DNA from: Candidatus Poseidoniaceae archaeon
GTDB lineage: Archaea; Thermoplasmatota; Poseidoniia; Poseidoniales; Poseidoniaceae
DNA length: 64,000 bases
Direction of reading: 5' to 3'
NCBI GenBank assembly: GCA_949373095.1
Contig: CASIBY010000001.1
Span: 1,467-65,466 of the forward strand
Program-made: the position numbers and the translations under genes
Shown here: piece by piece, positions 1-9,459 of the stretch
Numbering within the stretch: position 1 is the stretch's first letter
Layout: every line of letters begins with the position of its first letter
Notes under the pieces: generated by a model
Database searches by the model: none
Seen by the model: the letters and a program-made list of their open reading frames with translations, nothing else
What the model was told of the DNA's origin: nothing

Positions 1-1
1 G

Positions 2-883
2 CCTGATGCATACGCTGGAGCGCCCGGACCCGTCGCAGGTGTTCTTGCTACAGCAAGCAAAGCAATGGGAATTGTAGGGCTTCTACGCATTCTTCTGGTG
101 GTTGCAGCTCCTGAAGGCATGGAGGATGCAACGACGGTGTGGCTCATCGCTCTGGCGGTCTTGTCCGTCATTACCATGACTTGGGGAAATATTGCAGCTC
201 TTGGTTCAACCAATCCAAAGCGAATGCTTGCTTACTCGTCTGTTGCTCATGCTGGATACATGCTTGCGGCTATTACAGCAATTGGTGCCTTGAACTGGGA
301 TGCCGCTCATGCTGATACGAGCAGAACTGCAGCACTTGCAGTTGTTACAGCGTTGATGTTCCATCTTGTTGTTCTGGTCTGTTTCAAACTTGGAGCCTTC
401 TTGGTTCTCTCTCTTTTGGAATCCGAAAACGGAGGGCACACCCTCGAGTCGTTGGGTGGCTTGGTCAAGCGAGAACCCTTCATCGCCGTTGCTATGTTCA
501 TCTTCATGATGTCTTTAGCAGGTGTTCCACCGCTTGCAGGTTTCCTCTCAAAGCTGCTCGTAATAATGGGTATCGTCAAGGCAGCACTCATCGAATCAAC
601 TGCCTCTGGCAATGTTACGTTTAGTGAAATCCACTGGATTTGGTATCTAGCCCTTATCATGGTAATCAATTCAGCAATTTCAGTCTTCTACTACCTCCGA
701 GTTGGCTTGGTGATGTTCTTCAACGAACCCGAAGAAGGCCGAGAGGGACCGCTTCCACGTGGGACTTCAGTCCGCTTAGCAATCGTAGCCTGTGTGGCTT
801 CAACGATTTACTTCGGTGTTGGCGCAGGGCAACTCATTGCACTATGCGAATCAGCAGCGAATGCCCTTGTTGGGGCATGGTGA
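2..883 (+). CDS. nuoN: NADH-quinone oxidoreductase (complex I) subunit N, C-terminal part; the 5' end lies upstream of the window
   Basis: The frame is open from base 2 (PDAYAGAPGPVAGVLATASKA...). KRMLAYSSVAHAGYMLAAI is the conserved NuoN/ND2 motif. The protein is hydrophobic with several TM helices. Confidence 0.85.
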   Translation, partial: PDAYAGAPGPVAGVLATASKAMGIVGLLRILLVVAAPEGMEDATTVWLIALAVLSVITMTWGNIAALGSTNPKRMLAYSSVAHAGYMLAAITAIGALNWDAAHADTSRTAALAVVTALMFHLVVLVCFKLGAFLVLSLLESENGGHTLESLGGLVKREPFIAVAMFIFMMSLAGVPPLAGFLSKLLVIMGIVKAALIESTASGNVTFSEIHWIWYLALIMVINSAISVFYYLRVGLVMFFNEPEEGREGPLPRGTSVRLAIVACVASTIYFGVGAGQLIALCESAANALVGAW

Positions 884-967
884 ATACATCACGCAGGCGC
901 CCAAAACGCCTTCTTTAGGTGATGACTTCAAGAGGGGTAGGCCGATAGCACAGACAGGTGAGACTGA

Positions 968-1633
968 TTGGGTCGCAGACATGAGGAAAAAGTAGACGTG
1001 GAAGAACTCGCACGTCTTGAGAATCCTGAAGGCTCAAATGACGGTAAAATCCGTGTCAAAATGCCCAACAAGAAAGTGAACGAAATGTTCGCTCTTGCTT
1101 CACAAATCCTCGGAGGTCGTCGTGTGACCGTTCTCTGTGCTGACGGCGAAACCCGAATGGCCCGAATTCCAGGAAAAATGCGACGCCGACAATGGGTCCG
1201 TGAAGGAGACTTGATCATCGTTTGGCCTTGGGACTTCCAAGACGCAAAGGCTGACGTCAAGCACCGCTATACCAAAACTCAAGCAATGTATCTGTCACGA
1301 AAAGGCGTCCTTCCAGACGATGTTGACATGTTCGGAATGAGCACACGCTATGATGATGATGACGAGCACGATGATTTGTTCAGTTCAGCGGGTTCACCTT
1401 CCGAAGAAGTTGCTCAACCCGTAAAGGAAGAGTCAGAAGACCTCTTTGCCGATGACGATGATAGTGACGATCTTTTTGCTGACGACGATGAGGGCGGCGA
1501 CGACTTGTTTGCTGATGAAGAAGAATCAAAGCCTGAAGTTGCTGCTGCTCCAGTTGAGGAATTCCCAGAAGAAGCAAGCGGCGATGACGACGACGACGAT
1601 GACGACGATGACATTGATGCCGTCTTCGCCTGA
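968..1633 (+). CDS. eif1a: Translation initiation factor aIF-1A (S1/OB fold) with a long acidic C-terminal extension
   Basis: The core RVKMPNKKVNEMFALASQILGGRRVTVLCADGETRMARIPGKMRRRQWVREGDLIIVWPWDFQD is the eIF1A/aIF1A OB-fold signature. The ORF opens on TTG at 968 and the true start is uncertain (GTG at 995 is possible). Confidence 0.9.
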   Translation: MGRRHEEKVDVEELARLENPEGSNDGKIRVKMPNKKVNEMFALASQILGGRRVTVLCADGETRMARIPGKMRRRQWVREGDLIIVWPWDFQDAKADVKHRYTKTQAMYLSRKGVLPDDVDMFGMSTRYDDDDEHDDLFSSAGSPSEEVAQPVKEESEDLFADDDDSDDLFADDDEGGDDLFADEEESKPEVAAAPVEEFPEEASGDDDDDDDDDDIDAVFA

Positions 1634-1656
1634 ACTTGATTCAATGAGGTGCCAGC

Positions 1657-2655
1657 ATGGCCAAGGACGATGAATGGGAAGAACTCGCCCGTCGTCAATC
1701 ACGTAAGCGTCGTCCTCTCAAGAAGGATAAGAAGGGGTCTAAAGAAGAGCAACTTGATTCTGACTTTGAACGTAAGGAGCAAAACGAATTTGTTCGTGAT
1801 TTGGAAGAAAAATCATCAAAGTACGCATGGATGAAAGAAAAGCGTTTCAGCACGATGTTTCGTGATATTGAAGAGAAAATTCAGGGAGCGATGGGTACGG
1901 GTTCCTTCGATTGGGTTGACCGTCGTGTGTTTGATCAAGTGTTCGACCGTTTGACGCTCATGGCCCTTTACAAATTAATGAAAACTGGGGTCATTGACAC
2001 ACTTGACTTTCCAGTTGCACGTGGAAAAGAAGCGCACGTTTTCCATGGGACAAGTCTCTCAGGGGAGCCCGTAGCCGTCAAAATTTTTCACACTTCAAAC
2101 GCTGTATTCAAGAATCTCGTACAGTACATTGAGGGTGACCCCCGCTTCACAGGTTTAAGGCGCAAGCACCGTGATCTGGTTGAAGTATGGGTCCGTAAGG
2201 AACATCGCAACCTCACTCGATTGGCTCGTTGGGGATTGAATGTCCCAATCCCAAGAGGTATCCACAAGAACGTTCTCATCATGGATTATCTTGGTACCAA
2301 AAATTCTCCTTCACCAAAACTTCGTGAAGTTCTTGTTGATGACCCTCAGTCTGTATACGAAGATTTGCTCGAATTCCTTGCCGTTTCATGGCAGAAGGCA
2401 AATTTGGTTCACGGAGATTTTTCTCCGTACAATATTCTCTGGCATGACGGCCGTGCAAAAGTGATTGATGTCGGGCAAGGTGTGGTTGAAAGCCATCCCA
2501 AATCACAAGAATTCCTCGTTAGGGATGTAACTCGGCTTGTTGAATGGGGGCAGAAAAACAATCTAGATGTAGACCTTCCAGAAGCGATGTATGAGGTTCT
2601 TAACATGGATTTGTCTCACGTGAAACAAATTGAACTTCCAGAAGAATGGAATTGA
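1657..2655 (+). CDS. rio1: RIO-type serine/threonine protein kinase (Rio1)
   Basis: Contains the RIO winged-helix region (LMALYKLMKTGVID), the ATP-binding motif GKEAHVF, and the catalytic and metal loops LVHGDFSPYNILW and VIDVGQ. It follows aIF-1A on the same strand. Confidence 0.9.
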   Translation: MAKDDEWEELARRQSRKRRPLKKDKKGSKEEQLDSDFERKEQNEFVRDLEEKSSKYAWMKEKRFSTMFRDIEEKIQGAMGTGSFDWVDRRVFDQVFDRLTLMALYKLMKTGVIDTLDFPVARGKEAHVFHGTSLSGEPVAVKIFHTSNAVFKNLVQYIEGDPRFTGLRRKHRDLVEVWVRKEHRNLTRLARWGLNVPIPRGIHKNVLIMDYLGTKNSPSPKLREVLVDDPQSVYEDLLEFLAVSWQKANLVHGDFSPYNILWHDGRAKVIDVGQGVVESHPKSQEFLVRDVTRLVEWGQKNNLDVDLPEAMYEVLNMDLSHVKQIELPEEWN

Positions 2656-3405
2656 TCATTCTTCTTCCCAGTTGACTGTCTCGTCTTCTGCCAGTTCCAT
2701 CATATCTGAAACGGCATCACCATCTTCGGGGTCAACCTGTGATGCTCGCATTCTGCGATGATTTCGGCTATCTGATATTTCAGCAAGACCGGGGACGAGA
2801 CTGTCAAAGCCTGATGTAGGACGTTGTGTGTCTTCTCGCTCTTCAAATGCGTCAAGTGATTTAGATTCAAGACGTGCTCGTTTGCGATCCCGTTCAAGGA
2901 AACTGATGACACTGCCGTGTTCCGAGCCGCCCGCTAACATCTCAATGGCGTGTCGGGCTGAGTACAATCCACCTTCCTCTCCAACGAGGACCACGGTTGA
3001 ATTGTAGATGCTGATTTGAGTCTGTGTCAGATTCTCAATGAGTTTCCGAATCTTCCCTTCCCGCCCAATAATTCGGGCACGAATTCGCCGTTGTTGGTTG
3101 GACCGCTTTCCGACGAAATCGCGAAGGTCAATAATTTCGAAAAAGTGGTCATCTTCGAGAAGCGTAACGGCTGCGTTCGGCGCCATGCCCCGACCGATCG
3201 CTTTGACAACATCTGGGAGTTTCATAGCCTTGACGGGGTCGTAAGAGCCTACATCGCCCCAGAGAACTTCAATATCCCCATGGTCCGAATCAATGTTGAA
3301 CTCTTTACAACCTGCAGCCTTCCTGATGGCTCTCGCTGTTTCACCCTTGGCTCCAATGATAACCGCAATGCGGTCTTTGGGCACCCGTGGTAGGGACTGT
3401 CGCAT
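2656..3405 (-). CDS. Two-KH-domain RNA-binding protein (archaeal Dim2/Pno1-like) with an acidic C-terminal tail
   Basis: Two KH GxxG motifs are present (VIIGAKGETARAI and RIIGREGKIRKLI). The start was moved to the ATG at 3405 (MRQSLPRV) because the longer ORF would overlap the end of the upstream surface-protein gene. Confidence 0.8.
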   Translation of the reverse strand: MRQSLPRVPKDRIAVIIGAKGETARAIRKAAGCKEFNIDSDHGDIEVLWGDVGSYDPVKAMKLPDVVKAIGRGMAPNAAVTLLEDDHFFEIIDLRDFVGKRSNQQRRIRARIIGREGKIRKLIENLTQTQISIYNSTVVLVGEEGGLYSARHAIEMLAGGSEHGSVISFLERDRKRARLESKSLDAFEEREDTQRPTSGFDSLVPGLAEISDSRNHRRMRASQVDPEDGDAVSDMMELAEDETVNWEEE

Positions 3406-3430
3406 GGCTAACCCTGCGGCCCTTCTCTTT

Positions 3431-5296
3431 TCAATCCCTTGTCTTCCGCTGGAGCAAGGACAACCCAAACCCAACAAGGATGATGAGGAGTAATGATGGG
3501 GCAAACGAAGGAACGGTTCCAGGGGCGTCGAGGGACGCTCCGGTTACAACGAGATAATTCGCATTGTTGCTTTCATCGAATTCATCAATAACGTTTGCAA
3601 AATCGATGACAAGACGCAAATCAAACTGTCCCGATGTTGGGACAGTATAGTACCATGTCACGGTCTCTGTACTGTTTGAGAGCGTACCCAAGGGAAGATT
3701 TCGGGTTTCCATTACCGTCCACTCAACCGTTGAGGAACGGTCGGCAGGAGCTGATTCCAGGCGAACGATAACGCTCCCTGGATAATCTTGATTTGATTCG
3801 AGTACGCTCGTAATGGTGATGTTTCCGTTTTGTTCTCCTGGTCGTACGACCAATCGGTCAAGATTTGTTTGAGTTGCATTCCAATAGAGGTCTAATCCAG
3901 GGAGGATTTGGAAGGAAGCGGATTCAGTGGTGTAGGTATTGCCTGCCTCATCTTGTAAGAACGCCCTTAGCATAATGTGCTGGCGGGATTTTGTCACCCA
4001 GCTGGACAGGCCAATCTGTCCGTCAAGTCCGTTGACGCCTAAATTCAACCATCGGCCTGAAATATCCGGAGTTTGACCAACACCGTTGGAATCGAATCCA
4101 TACTGAATGTAGGAGGAAACATTATCCATTCCAGAACCGAGGTCTTCAGCGCTAAAAGAAACGTTTGCTGGACCGATTCTGCTGGTTGTAAGTTCGTCAA
4201 CAGTCCATCCGAGTGGTATAGGGTCCGTTTCATCTACGTTAATTTCAATCGTTTGGTTAGCACCAATATTCCCTACACGGTCAATGGCTCGAACAATGAG
4301 TTCATGGGTTCCCTCGGCAAAGGAGAGAGTCAATGAGTCGCTCGTTGTAGTGGTCCAAGATGAAGCTCCTGTGGCCATGTATTGGATGCTCTCAACCCCG
4401 GAACCTTGTCCGTCGTTGGCTGAAGTCATGATGTTACTGAGGGTGATGCTTCCAGAACGGTGCCATGTTGAGCCGTCACCAACAGTAATCGCTCCAATAG
4501 ATGGCCCTGTACGGTCAATGCCAATGTGGAATGTTGAGGTGTTAGAAAGTCCGGATTGGTCGTATACAGTGAGTCGGGGGGACCATGTGCCTTCGGGCAT
4601 ATTGCCTGAAGCCCAATCCCATCCATACGCCAGCGAAGTAGGCCCGTCGGTTGCTGGAGTTCCCGGTCCTGGGACCGTTGTGAGTGTTGCCTGTTTCAAA
4701 TCATCGTCGTTTGCACCCCAGCGGAAAGAAATTGTTCCTTGAGCGGGTATGTTGAACCATGCACGGTCGTTGATCGAGCTACCATTGCCAGCATTGGGGT
4801 TTAGCGCCGTGAAGATGGTAATCTCGGGAACCTGATTTGTGATATTGAAGGAGCCAGAAAGAGTGGTCGTATTGGCTTCTGCATCACTGTCCCAGCCGGT
4901 TGCTCGTAAGGTGTAACTTCCGTTCGTGTAATCGGTGCTGTCGAACGGGTACATCCAAGGCGTCTCGGTCAGGTTGACGACCGAACTGTAAACGGGTGTT
5001 GAGGTTGAGATGTCGTCATCGGTAATTTCGAGTAACAGGGAATCCAGTGTTCCGGTTCCAGTGATGCTGAAGGTTAGCGTTTGAAGCCCGGTAATGTTAT
5101 CATCTTGTGTGGGGCCATTTGAGAATGCAATAGAAAGACTCGAGGAGCCACTTTCAAAGGGCATAATGGCATCAGAGAGGGGCGATGTGTCTCCTTGCTG
5201 GGGCAGTGGAGCAGTCCCAGCGAAGAGGATGAGCACAAGCAAGATGCCCATACGACTCCGTCCCATGCATTCACGACAGGTGCGATTGTCCTTCAA
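3431..5296 (-). CDS. Secreted, C-terminally membrane-anchored surface protein with Ig-like/CARDB-like beta domains
   Basis: It has an N-terminal hydrophobic signal (GILLVLILFAGTAPL) and a C-terminal TM helix (LLLIILVGFGLSLL) followed by QRKTRD. A CARDB-like signature (NVIDEFDESNNANY) precedes the anchor, and NxS/T sequons are frequent. Confidence 0.6.
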   Translation of the reverse strand: MKDNRTCRECMGRSRMGILLVLILFAGTAPLPQQGDTSPLSDAIMPFESGSSSLSIAFSNGPTQDDNITGLQTLTFSITGTGTLDSLLLEITDDDISTSTPVYSSVVNLTETPWMYPFDSTDYTNGSYTLRATGWDSDAEANTTTLSGSFNITNQVPEITIFTALNPNAGNGSSINDRAWFNIPAQGTISFRWGANDDDLKQATLTTVPGPGTPATDGPTSLAYGWDWASGNMPEGTWSPRLTVYDQSGLSNTSTFHIGIDRTGPSIGAITVGDGSTWHRSGSITLSNIMTSANDGQGSGVESIQYMATGASSWTTTTSDSLTLSFAEGTHELIVRAIDRVGNIGANQTIEINVDETDPIPLGWTVDELTTSRIGPANVSFSAEDLGSGMDNVSSYIQYGFDSNGVGQTPDISGRWLNLGVNGLDGQIGLSSWVTKSRQHIMLRAFLQDEAGNTYTTESASFQILPGLDLYWNATQTNLDRLVVRPGEQNGNITITSVLESNQDYPGSVIVRLESAPADRSSTVEWTVMETRNLPLGTLSNSTETVTWYYTVPTSGQFDLRLVIDFANVIDEFDESNNANYLVVTGASLDAPGTVPSFAPSLLLIILVGFGLSLLQRKTRD

Positions 5297-5401
5297 TCCT
5301 CCCCTCCGTTTCTGCCTTCATTTACTCTTTCGGGCTTTCATACACCCTCCCGTATAATGTATTCAACGAAGAAGCACTGCGCTTAAACGGGCCAAGAAGA
5401 G

Positions 5402-8263
5402 ATGGGTTCAAGTGCTTTGCATGTGCAAGTGTTATCCATGCAGAGAACACCGAAGGCCGCCATCATCGTAGCCTTGTTATTGGTCACTTTGATTCCACTC
5501 CCCGTTCAAGCCGGCGACAGTGGAGGAGTTCAATCGTCTGTAGCTCAACTTGCATTGACTCCAGAAAACCCTGTCATGGGGGGCTCTGTGGACATCGAAG
5601 TTGGATTGTATAACAGCGCCCTAAGCGATGCGTTTGACGTCCAAGTTGCTTTTTACAAAAACTCAATTGCGACTCAGAACCGTCTTCTTCAAGATGAAAT
5701 AAACATTCCTGGAGAAAGTTTTGTCACGGTAAGTGTCACGTGGAATGGATTGACGGAAGGAGTGCAAAAGGTTTGGTTTGAATTTAGTGCTGGAGGCGAT
5801 ATTCCGGTTTCATTTAAAGAAGAATTTACAGTTCAGGGCCTACCTAACCTTCGAATTGATACCGCTTCAGTTGACCAAACTCAAGCGGTTTATTCTGGCG
5901 ATACCGTTGACTTCTCTGCTCTCGTGTTGAATTCAGGTTCGGTAGACGCAGGAGCTAGTAATATGTTGCTTAGCGTTCCAGAATCTGCCGATGTGATTCT
6001 CTCAACACCAGCACTTGTCGCAGGTTCTTCTGCTTGGGTCAACACCACCATTACCGCTCCTAGCAGTGGAATACATATGATTGAGGCAACACCAGATATT
6101 GACAATTTAATTTACGAGGCCTCAGAAATCGGAAAAACAGAGTCCGTTCAGTTGGTTGTTTCTAGCCGGATGGACCTTTCGTTCAAAGACGGTCTAACCG
6201 TTACAAGTGACGCGGAAGCACTCGAAGGGCCATGGTTGATTTCGGGAACGATTGTTCGCACTAATGGGACTGGAGCAGCAAACATCCCGATGGTTCTTGA
6301 AATCAACAACCCACTTGGCGGGGTAGTCATGGGCGCTCCCTTCACGGTACAAATTTTAGGAACAGGCTATGCAGAACAAGCCTTTTCGGCAGAACTGAAT
6401 TCCTCAACCATCGGTTCTCTACCCGACGGGGACCACGTTGTCACAGCGCGAATTAATCCGTTTGACGAAGTTGGTTTTGAACAAGAGTCAACCGATAATG
6501 ATGAAGCTTCTGGCATGCTTACTATCTCTCCAATTCCAGATGTGAACGTCGATCCTCCGCTTTGTACTGCATGTACCGTTCAATCGGGTGATGATGTTGA
6601 ATGGCGTATCACCGTAACCAATACTGGAGATAAAGCCGTACGAGGATACATTGAGTATACATTTGACGGAATTAACGGACAATCGCCTCAAATCACCCTT
6701 ACTGACGGAGAGATTCTGACTTGGACCGTAAGTTTACCAACCAACTTAGGAGAGCATGAAGCACTCTTCAACGGCAATTGGGTTGCGGCAGAAGGAAGTT
6801 GGGATGACAACAAGCAAAACTCGAAGTTTTCAACATCTGCTCAAGTTGAATCAAAATTGAAGTTAAGTTGGGAATATGCCTCCTTACAAATCATTGATGC
6901 TGACAACCAGTCAGTTGGAAGTCCTCTTCAGGACGGAGCAGCATACACGCTTTCTATCAATATGACAAGTAAAGAAACGGGTAGTGCAAATTTCACATGT
7001 GCTGACGGGTCGGGAAATATCCTCGCAACCTTGGCGACAAATGTTGCAGAGCGTGGAGATCGTGTGTCTCTATCATGCACCTTTACAGCAACTGCAGCAA
7101 TGACAACCCTCCGTATTATTCCAGATGAAACCAGTATTGCCGACCTCTTTAGCATGTCCTTTACGACATTAGCTTCAACCGAGGGTGCAGATGATGCAGG
7201 CTCATCAGAAGCAGGAACTATGACGCTGTTTGGTATTGGAGCCCTCATTCTTGTTGCCGTTCTCGTTGCAGCCATTCTCCTCACCCGGGAGCGCGAGGAA
7301 GAGGTTGAGCGAGACATCTTCGACTACTGCCCTTCCTGCGATGGAGAACTCGAAGGAACCGAGGACAAATGTCCCCACTGTTCCTTCAACCTCAAGAAAG
7401 CCCGAAGTCAGTTCCACGATTGCAAGGAATGTGGAGAATCAATTCCCGACTTGTTGGACAATTGCGCATACTGTGGAGCGGAGCAAGATGTTTCGTCTTA
7501 CTTTGAACAACGAGAACGCAAAGAACGTAAGGAAGTCGTCAAAGAGACGGTTGCCCTTCCAGAGGAAGAAGACGAAGATAGAATCGTTACCGGAACTCAA
7601 AACTTTGCTGAGACCGTCAAAGAATTCGGATTTGATGAAGAACACCTCGAGGAAGAGTGGGATGCAAATATCGAAGCTGCTGAAGCTGAAGTTGAGGCTG
7701 CATATGACCGCCGCTATGCTGACGAGATTGCCCTAGAAGATATGACTGAAGAAGAGGTTGAAACCTACAAGTCTCAAGTCGTTACAACACTCAAGTCGTC
7801 CCGGGATGAATCGCCCGATCACGACTTTGAGGCGATTCTCGCATCCAAGGGTGAATTGCGTTCATTGGCTAAGGAAGATGGGGAATTAAGCGCATCAGAT
7901 GCTAGTATCAGAGAACGTTTGTTCGAAATCACCGGTGAAGACGGTGTTTTGCCCGGTGAGAAGGTTACGGTCGGCATGACCCTTACCGACTCTGCTCTTG
8001 CTGGTAATGAAGTGGCTGAAGCAACGACAAACTTCTCGTTTGAAGATGATGATTTGCCCCTCTCGGCCTCTACCAAGACGGCTGACGAGCAACGAGAGGA
8101 TTCCAAAGCACGCAAACCTGTTCGCCGCCGAAGTGCACGTCAACGCAAGAAGGAAGAAGCAGGAAAAGATGTTGCTGAACAAACTTCCGAATGTGGAGCT
8201 TGTGGCGCAGAACTACCTCTTGATGCGGAGGAATGTGGGACCTGCGGTGCACGGTTTAGTTGA
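5402..8263 (+). CDS. Type I membrane protein: CARDB-like ectodomain repeats, one TM helix, and a cytoplasmic acidic region with three zinc-ribbon motifs
   Basis: The signal peptide is AAIIVALLLVTLIPLPVQA, so the likely true start is the ATG at 5438. CARDB-like motifs occur (FEQESTDNDEASG). The TM helix lies at about 7222-7295. It is followed by CPSC..CPHC, CKEC..CAYC and a terminal CGAC..CGTC. Confidence 0.65.
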   Translation: MGSSALHVQVLSMQRTPKAAIIVALLLVTLIPLPVQAGDSGGVQSSVAQLALTPENPVMGGSVDIEVGLYNSALSDAFDVQVAFYKNSIATQNRLLQDEINIPGESFVTVSVTWNGLTEGVQKVWFEFSAGGDIPVSFKEEFTVQGLPNLRIDTASVDQTQAVYSGDTVDFSALVLNSGSVDAGASNMLLSVPESADVILSTPALVAGSSAWVNTTITAPSSGIHMIEATPDIDNLIYEASEIGKTESVQLVVSSRMDLSFKDGLTVTSDAEALEGPWLISGTIVRTNGTGAANIPMVLEINNPLGGVVMGAPFTVQILGTGYAEQAFSAELNSSTIGSLPDGDHVVTARINPFDEVGFEQESTDNDEASGMLTISPIPDVNVDPPLCTACTVQSGDDVEWRITVTNTGDKAVRGYIEYTFDGINGQSPQITLTDGEILTWTVSLPTNLGEHEALFNGNWVAAEGSWDDNKQNSKFSTSAQVESKLKLSWEYASLQIIDADNQSVGSPLQDGAAYTLSINMTSKETGSANFTCADGSGNILATLATNVAERGDRVSLSCTFTATAAMTTLRIIPDETSIADLFSMSFTTLASTEGADDAGSSEAGTMTLFGIGALILVAVLVAAILLTREREEEVERDIFDYCPSCDGELEGTEDKCPHCSFNLKKARSQFHDCKECGESIPDLLDNCAYCGAEQDVSSYFEQRERKERKEVVKETVALPEEEDEDRIVTGTQNFAETVKEFGFDEEHLEEEWDANIEAAEAEVEAAYDRRYADEIALEDMTEEEVETYKSQVVTTLKSSRDESPDHDFEAILASKGELRSLAKEDGELSASDASIRERLFEITGEDGVLPGEKVTVGMTLTDSALAGNEVAEATTNFSFEDDDLPLSASTKTADEQREDSKARKPVRRRSARQRKKEEAGKDVAEQTSECGACGAELPLDAEECGTCGARFS

Positions 8264-8412
8264 GCGTCTGTCAGCGTTCATAGGGTTCGTCATCGCCGTG
8301 GCTCGGCCTTGTGCTCGCTTCATTCAGACATCGGCCGGTTGCCCTTCATCCACTTGAACTCAACGGAAACACTCTGTCGCGGAATTGATAGGGGCCATCA
8401 TCTTCGGTAGGC

Positions 8413-8958
8413 ATGATGAGGCAACAAGGTAAGGTCTTGGCGTTGTTGTTAACAGCCCTGCTTTGCTCTATGTCCGGATGCTTGAGTTTAATTGCGGCAA
8501 GAGAAACCGTGGAGAATTTGAGGCCTGAGGCATATGAGAGTCTTGATTATACCAAAATTGAGGTCGCTCATACATTCACTGTTGTGAGTTTTGAAGAATT
8601 CACCAACCGTTCCACCTTCCTTGTAGACGGTTCTACGACAGAGGTTCGCATTTACTTCAAGGCAAGTTTTTCGTTTTCCGATACCCTGCCGTCCGACAAT
8701 ACCACTCGCTATGTCCGTGCAACTCTAACCGATGGTGACGGAAACATTGCCTGGGAACAGGACGTAAGTGAGGATTCCTCGCCACTTGAAGAACGGCTTT
8801 CGCCAAACCCCACTTTTGCTGAAGGTGATTGGGTACTGGACGTTAAGGCTCGCGGATGGGGAGAGAGCACCTTTGGAACGATTCAAGACAACTTCAATAT
8901 TCTCGTAACTGTAACAAATACTTGCATGCAATATCCTCTTGTTGAAGAGTGCTCCTGA
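8413..8958 (+). CDS. Small secreted lipoprotein, function unknown
   Basis: A signal peptide with a lipobox-like LLCSMSGC is present. The remainder is beta-rich, and I recognise no catalytic motif. Confidence 0.5.
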   Translation: MMRQQGKVLALLLTALLCSMSGCLSLIAARETVENLRPEAYESLDYTKIEVAHTFTVVSFEEFTNRSTFLVDGSTTEVRIYFKASFSFSDTLPSDNTTRYVRATLTDGDGNIAWEQDVSEDSSPLEERLSPNPTFAEGDWVLDVKARGWGESTFGTIQDNFNILVTVTNTCMQYPLVEECS

Positions 8959-8976
8959 TTCGTATTGATATGCGTC

Positions 8977-9459
8977 TTAGGAATCTGTTGGTCGCATTAA
9001 CATCGTAACCGATTTGGTATCGTGATGGAGAACTCCAACCTCTTCAAACAGAAATCTTGAGTGAAAGCGCATCGAGCCAGGGTTTGGAGGCTTCAGGCTC
9101 ACCTCTGCTGCAACGGGTGCACTGATGTTCATGGCTATCTCAACAACGAAGTCGTACAGGAGGGTCCCTATGTTCTTGTTTCTATGCTGCTTTGAAACTG
9201 CAATACGGTCCACATAAACGAACGAATCGTATTTGTCATTGAACCAAGAATAATTCGGACTAGCATACTGGGTTCCTGGAGGCATGCAAATCACAAAACC
9301 AAGAAGTTCATCATGCTCAAAGATTCCAACTGCAAATGAAGCTAATCTGAGCAACTCCTCTAGTTCTTCATGGCTCACCTCCCCAGTCCCGGGTAAGCCT
9401 TGTTGATTGATTTTCCAAATAGCCGAGATGTCCTTTTCCCTCAACTCTTTGATCTCCAT
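8977..9459 (-). CDS. GNAT-family N-acetyltransferase
   Basis: The acetyl-CoA-binding motif A is present (VDRIAVSKQHRNKNIGTLLYDFV). The size of about 160 aa is typical of GNAT proteins. Confidence 0.8.
   Translation of the reverse strand: MEIKELREKDISAIWKINQQGLPGTGEVSHEELEELLRLASFAVGIFEHDELLGFVICMPPGTQYASPNYSWFNDKYDSFVYVDRIAVSKQHRNKNIGTLLYDFVVEIAMNISAPVAAEVSLKPPNPGSMRFHSRFLFEEVGVLHHDTKSVTMLMRPTDS

Noticed and set aside
884-967. A possible tRNA or small RNA between nuoN and aIF-1A (starts with gaggggtaggccgatagc...)
   Set aside because: No cloverleaf can be drawn: there is no matching acceptor stem, no GTTCRANYC T-loop and no D-loop consensus. It is most likely just the aIF-1A promoter and 5' region.
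1583-1612. A (GAY)10 microsatellite encoding ten Asp residues in the aIF-1A tail, considered as a contingency/phase-variation locus
   Set aside because: Trinucleotide slippage would keep the frame and only change tail length, and mixed GAC/GAT codons reduce slippage. It is reported only as part of the acidic-tail finding.
7230-7736. A 168-aa alternative-frame ORF inside the cytoplasmic tail region of the CARDB/zinc-ribbon protein
   Set aside because: The main frame shows paired CxxC zinc-ribbon motifs and a continuous TM helix. The alternative frame is a by-product of the GA-rich acidic coding sequence.
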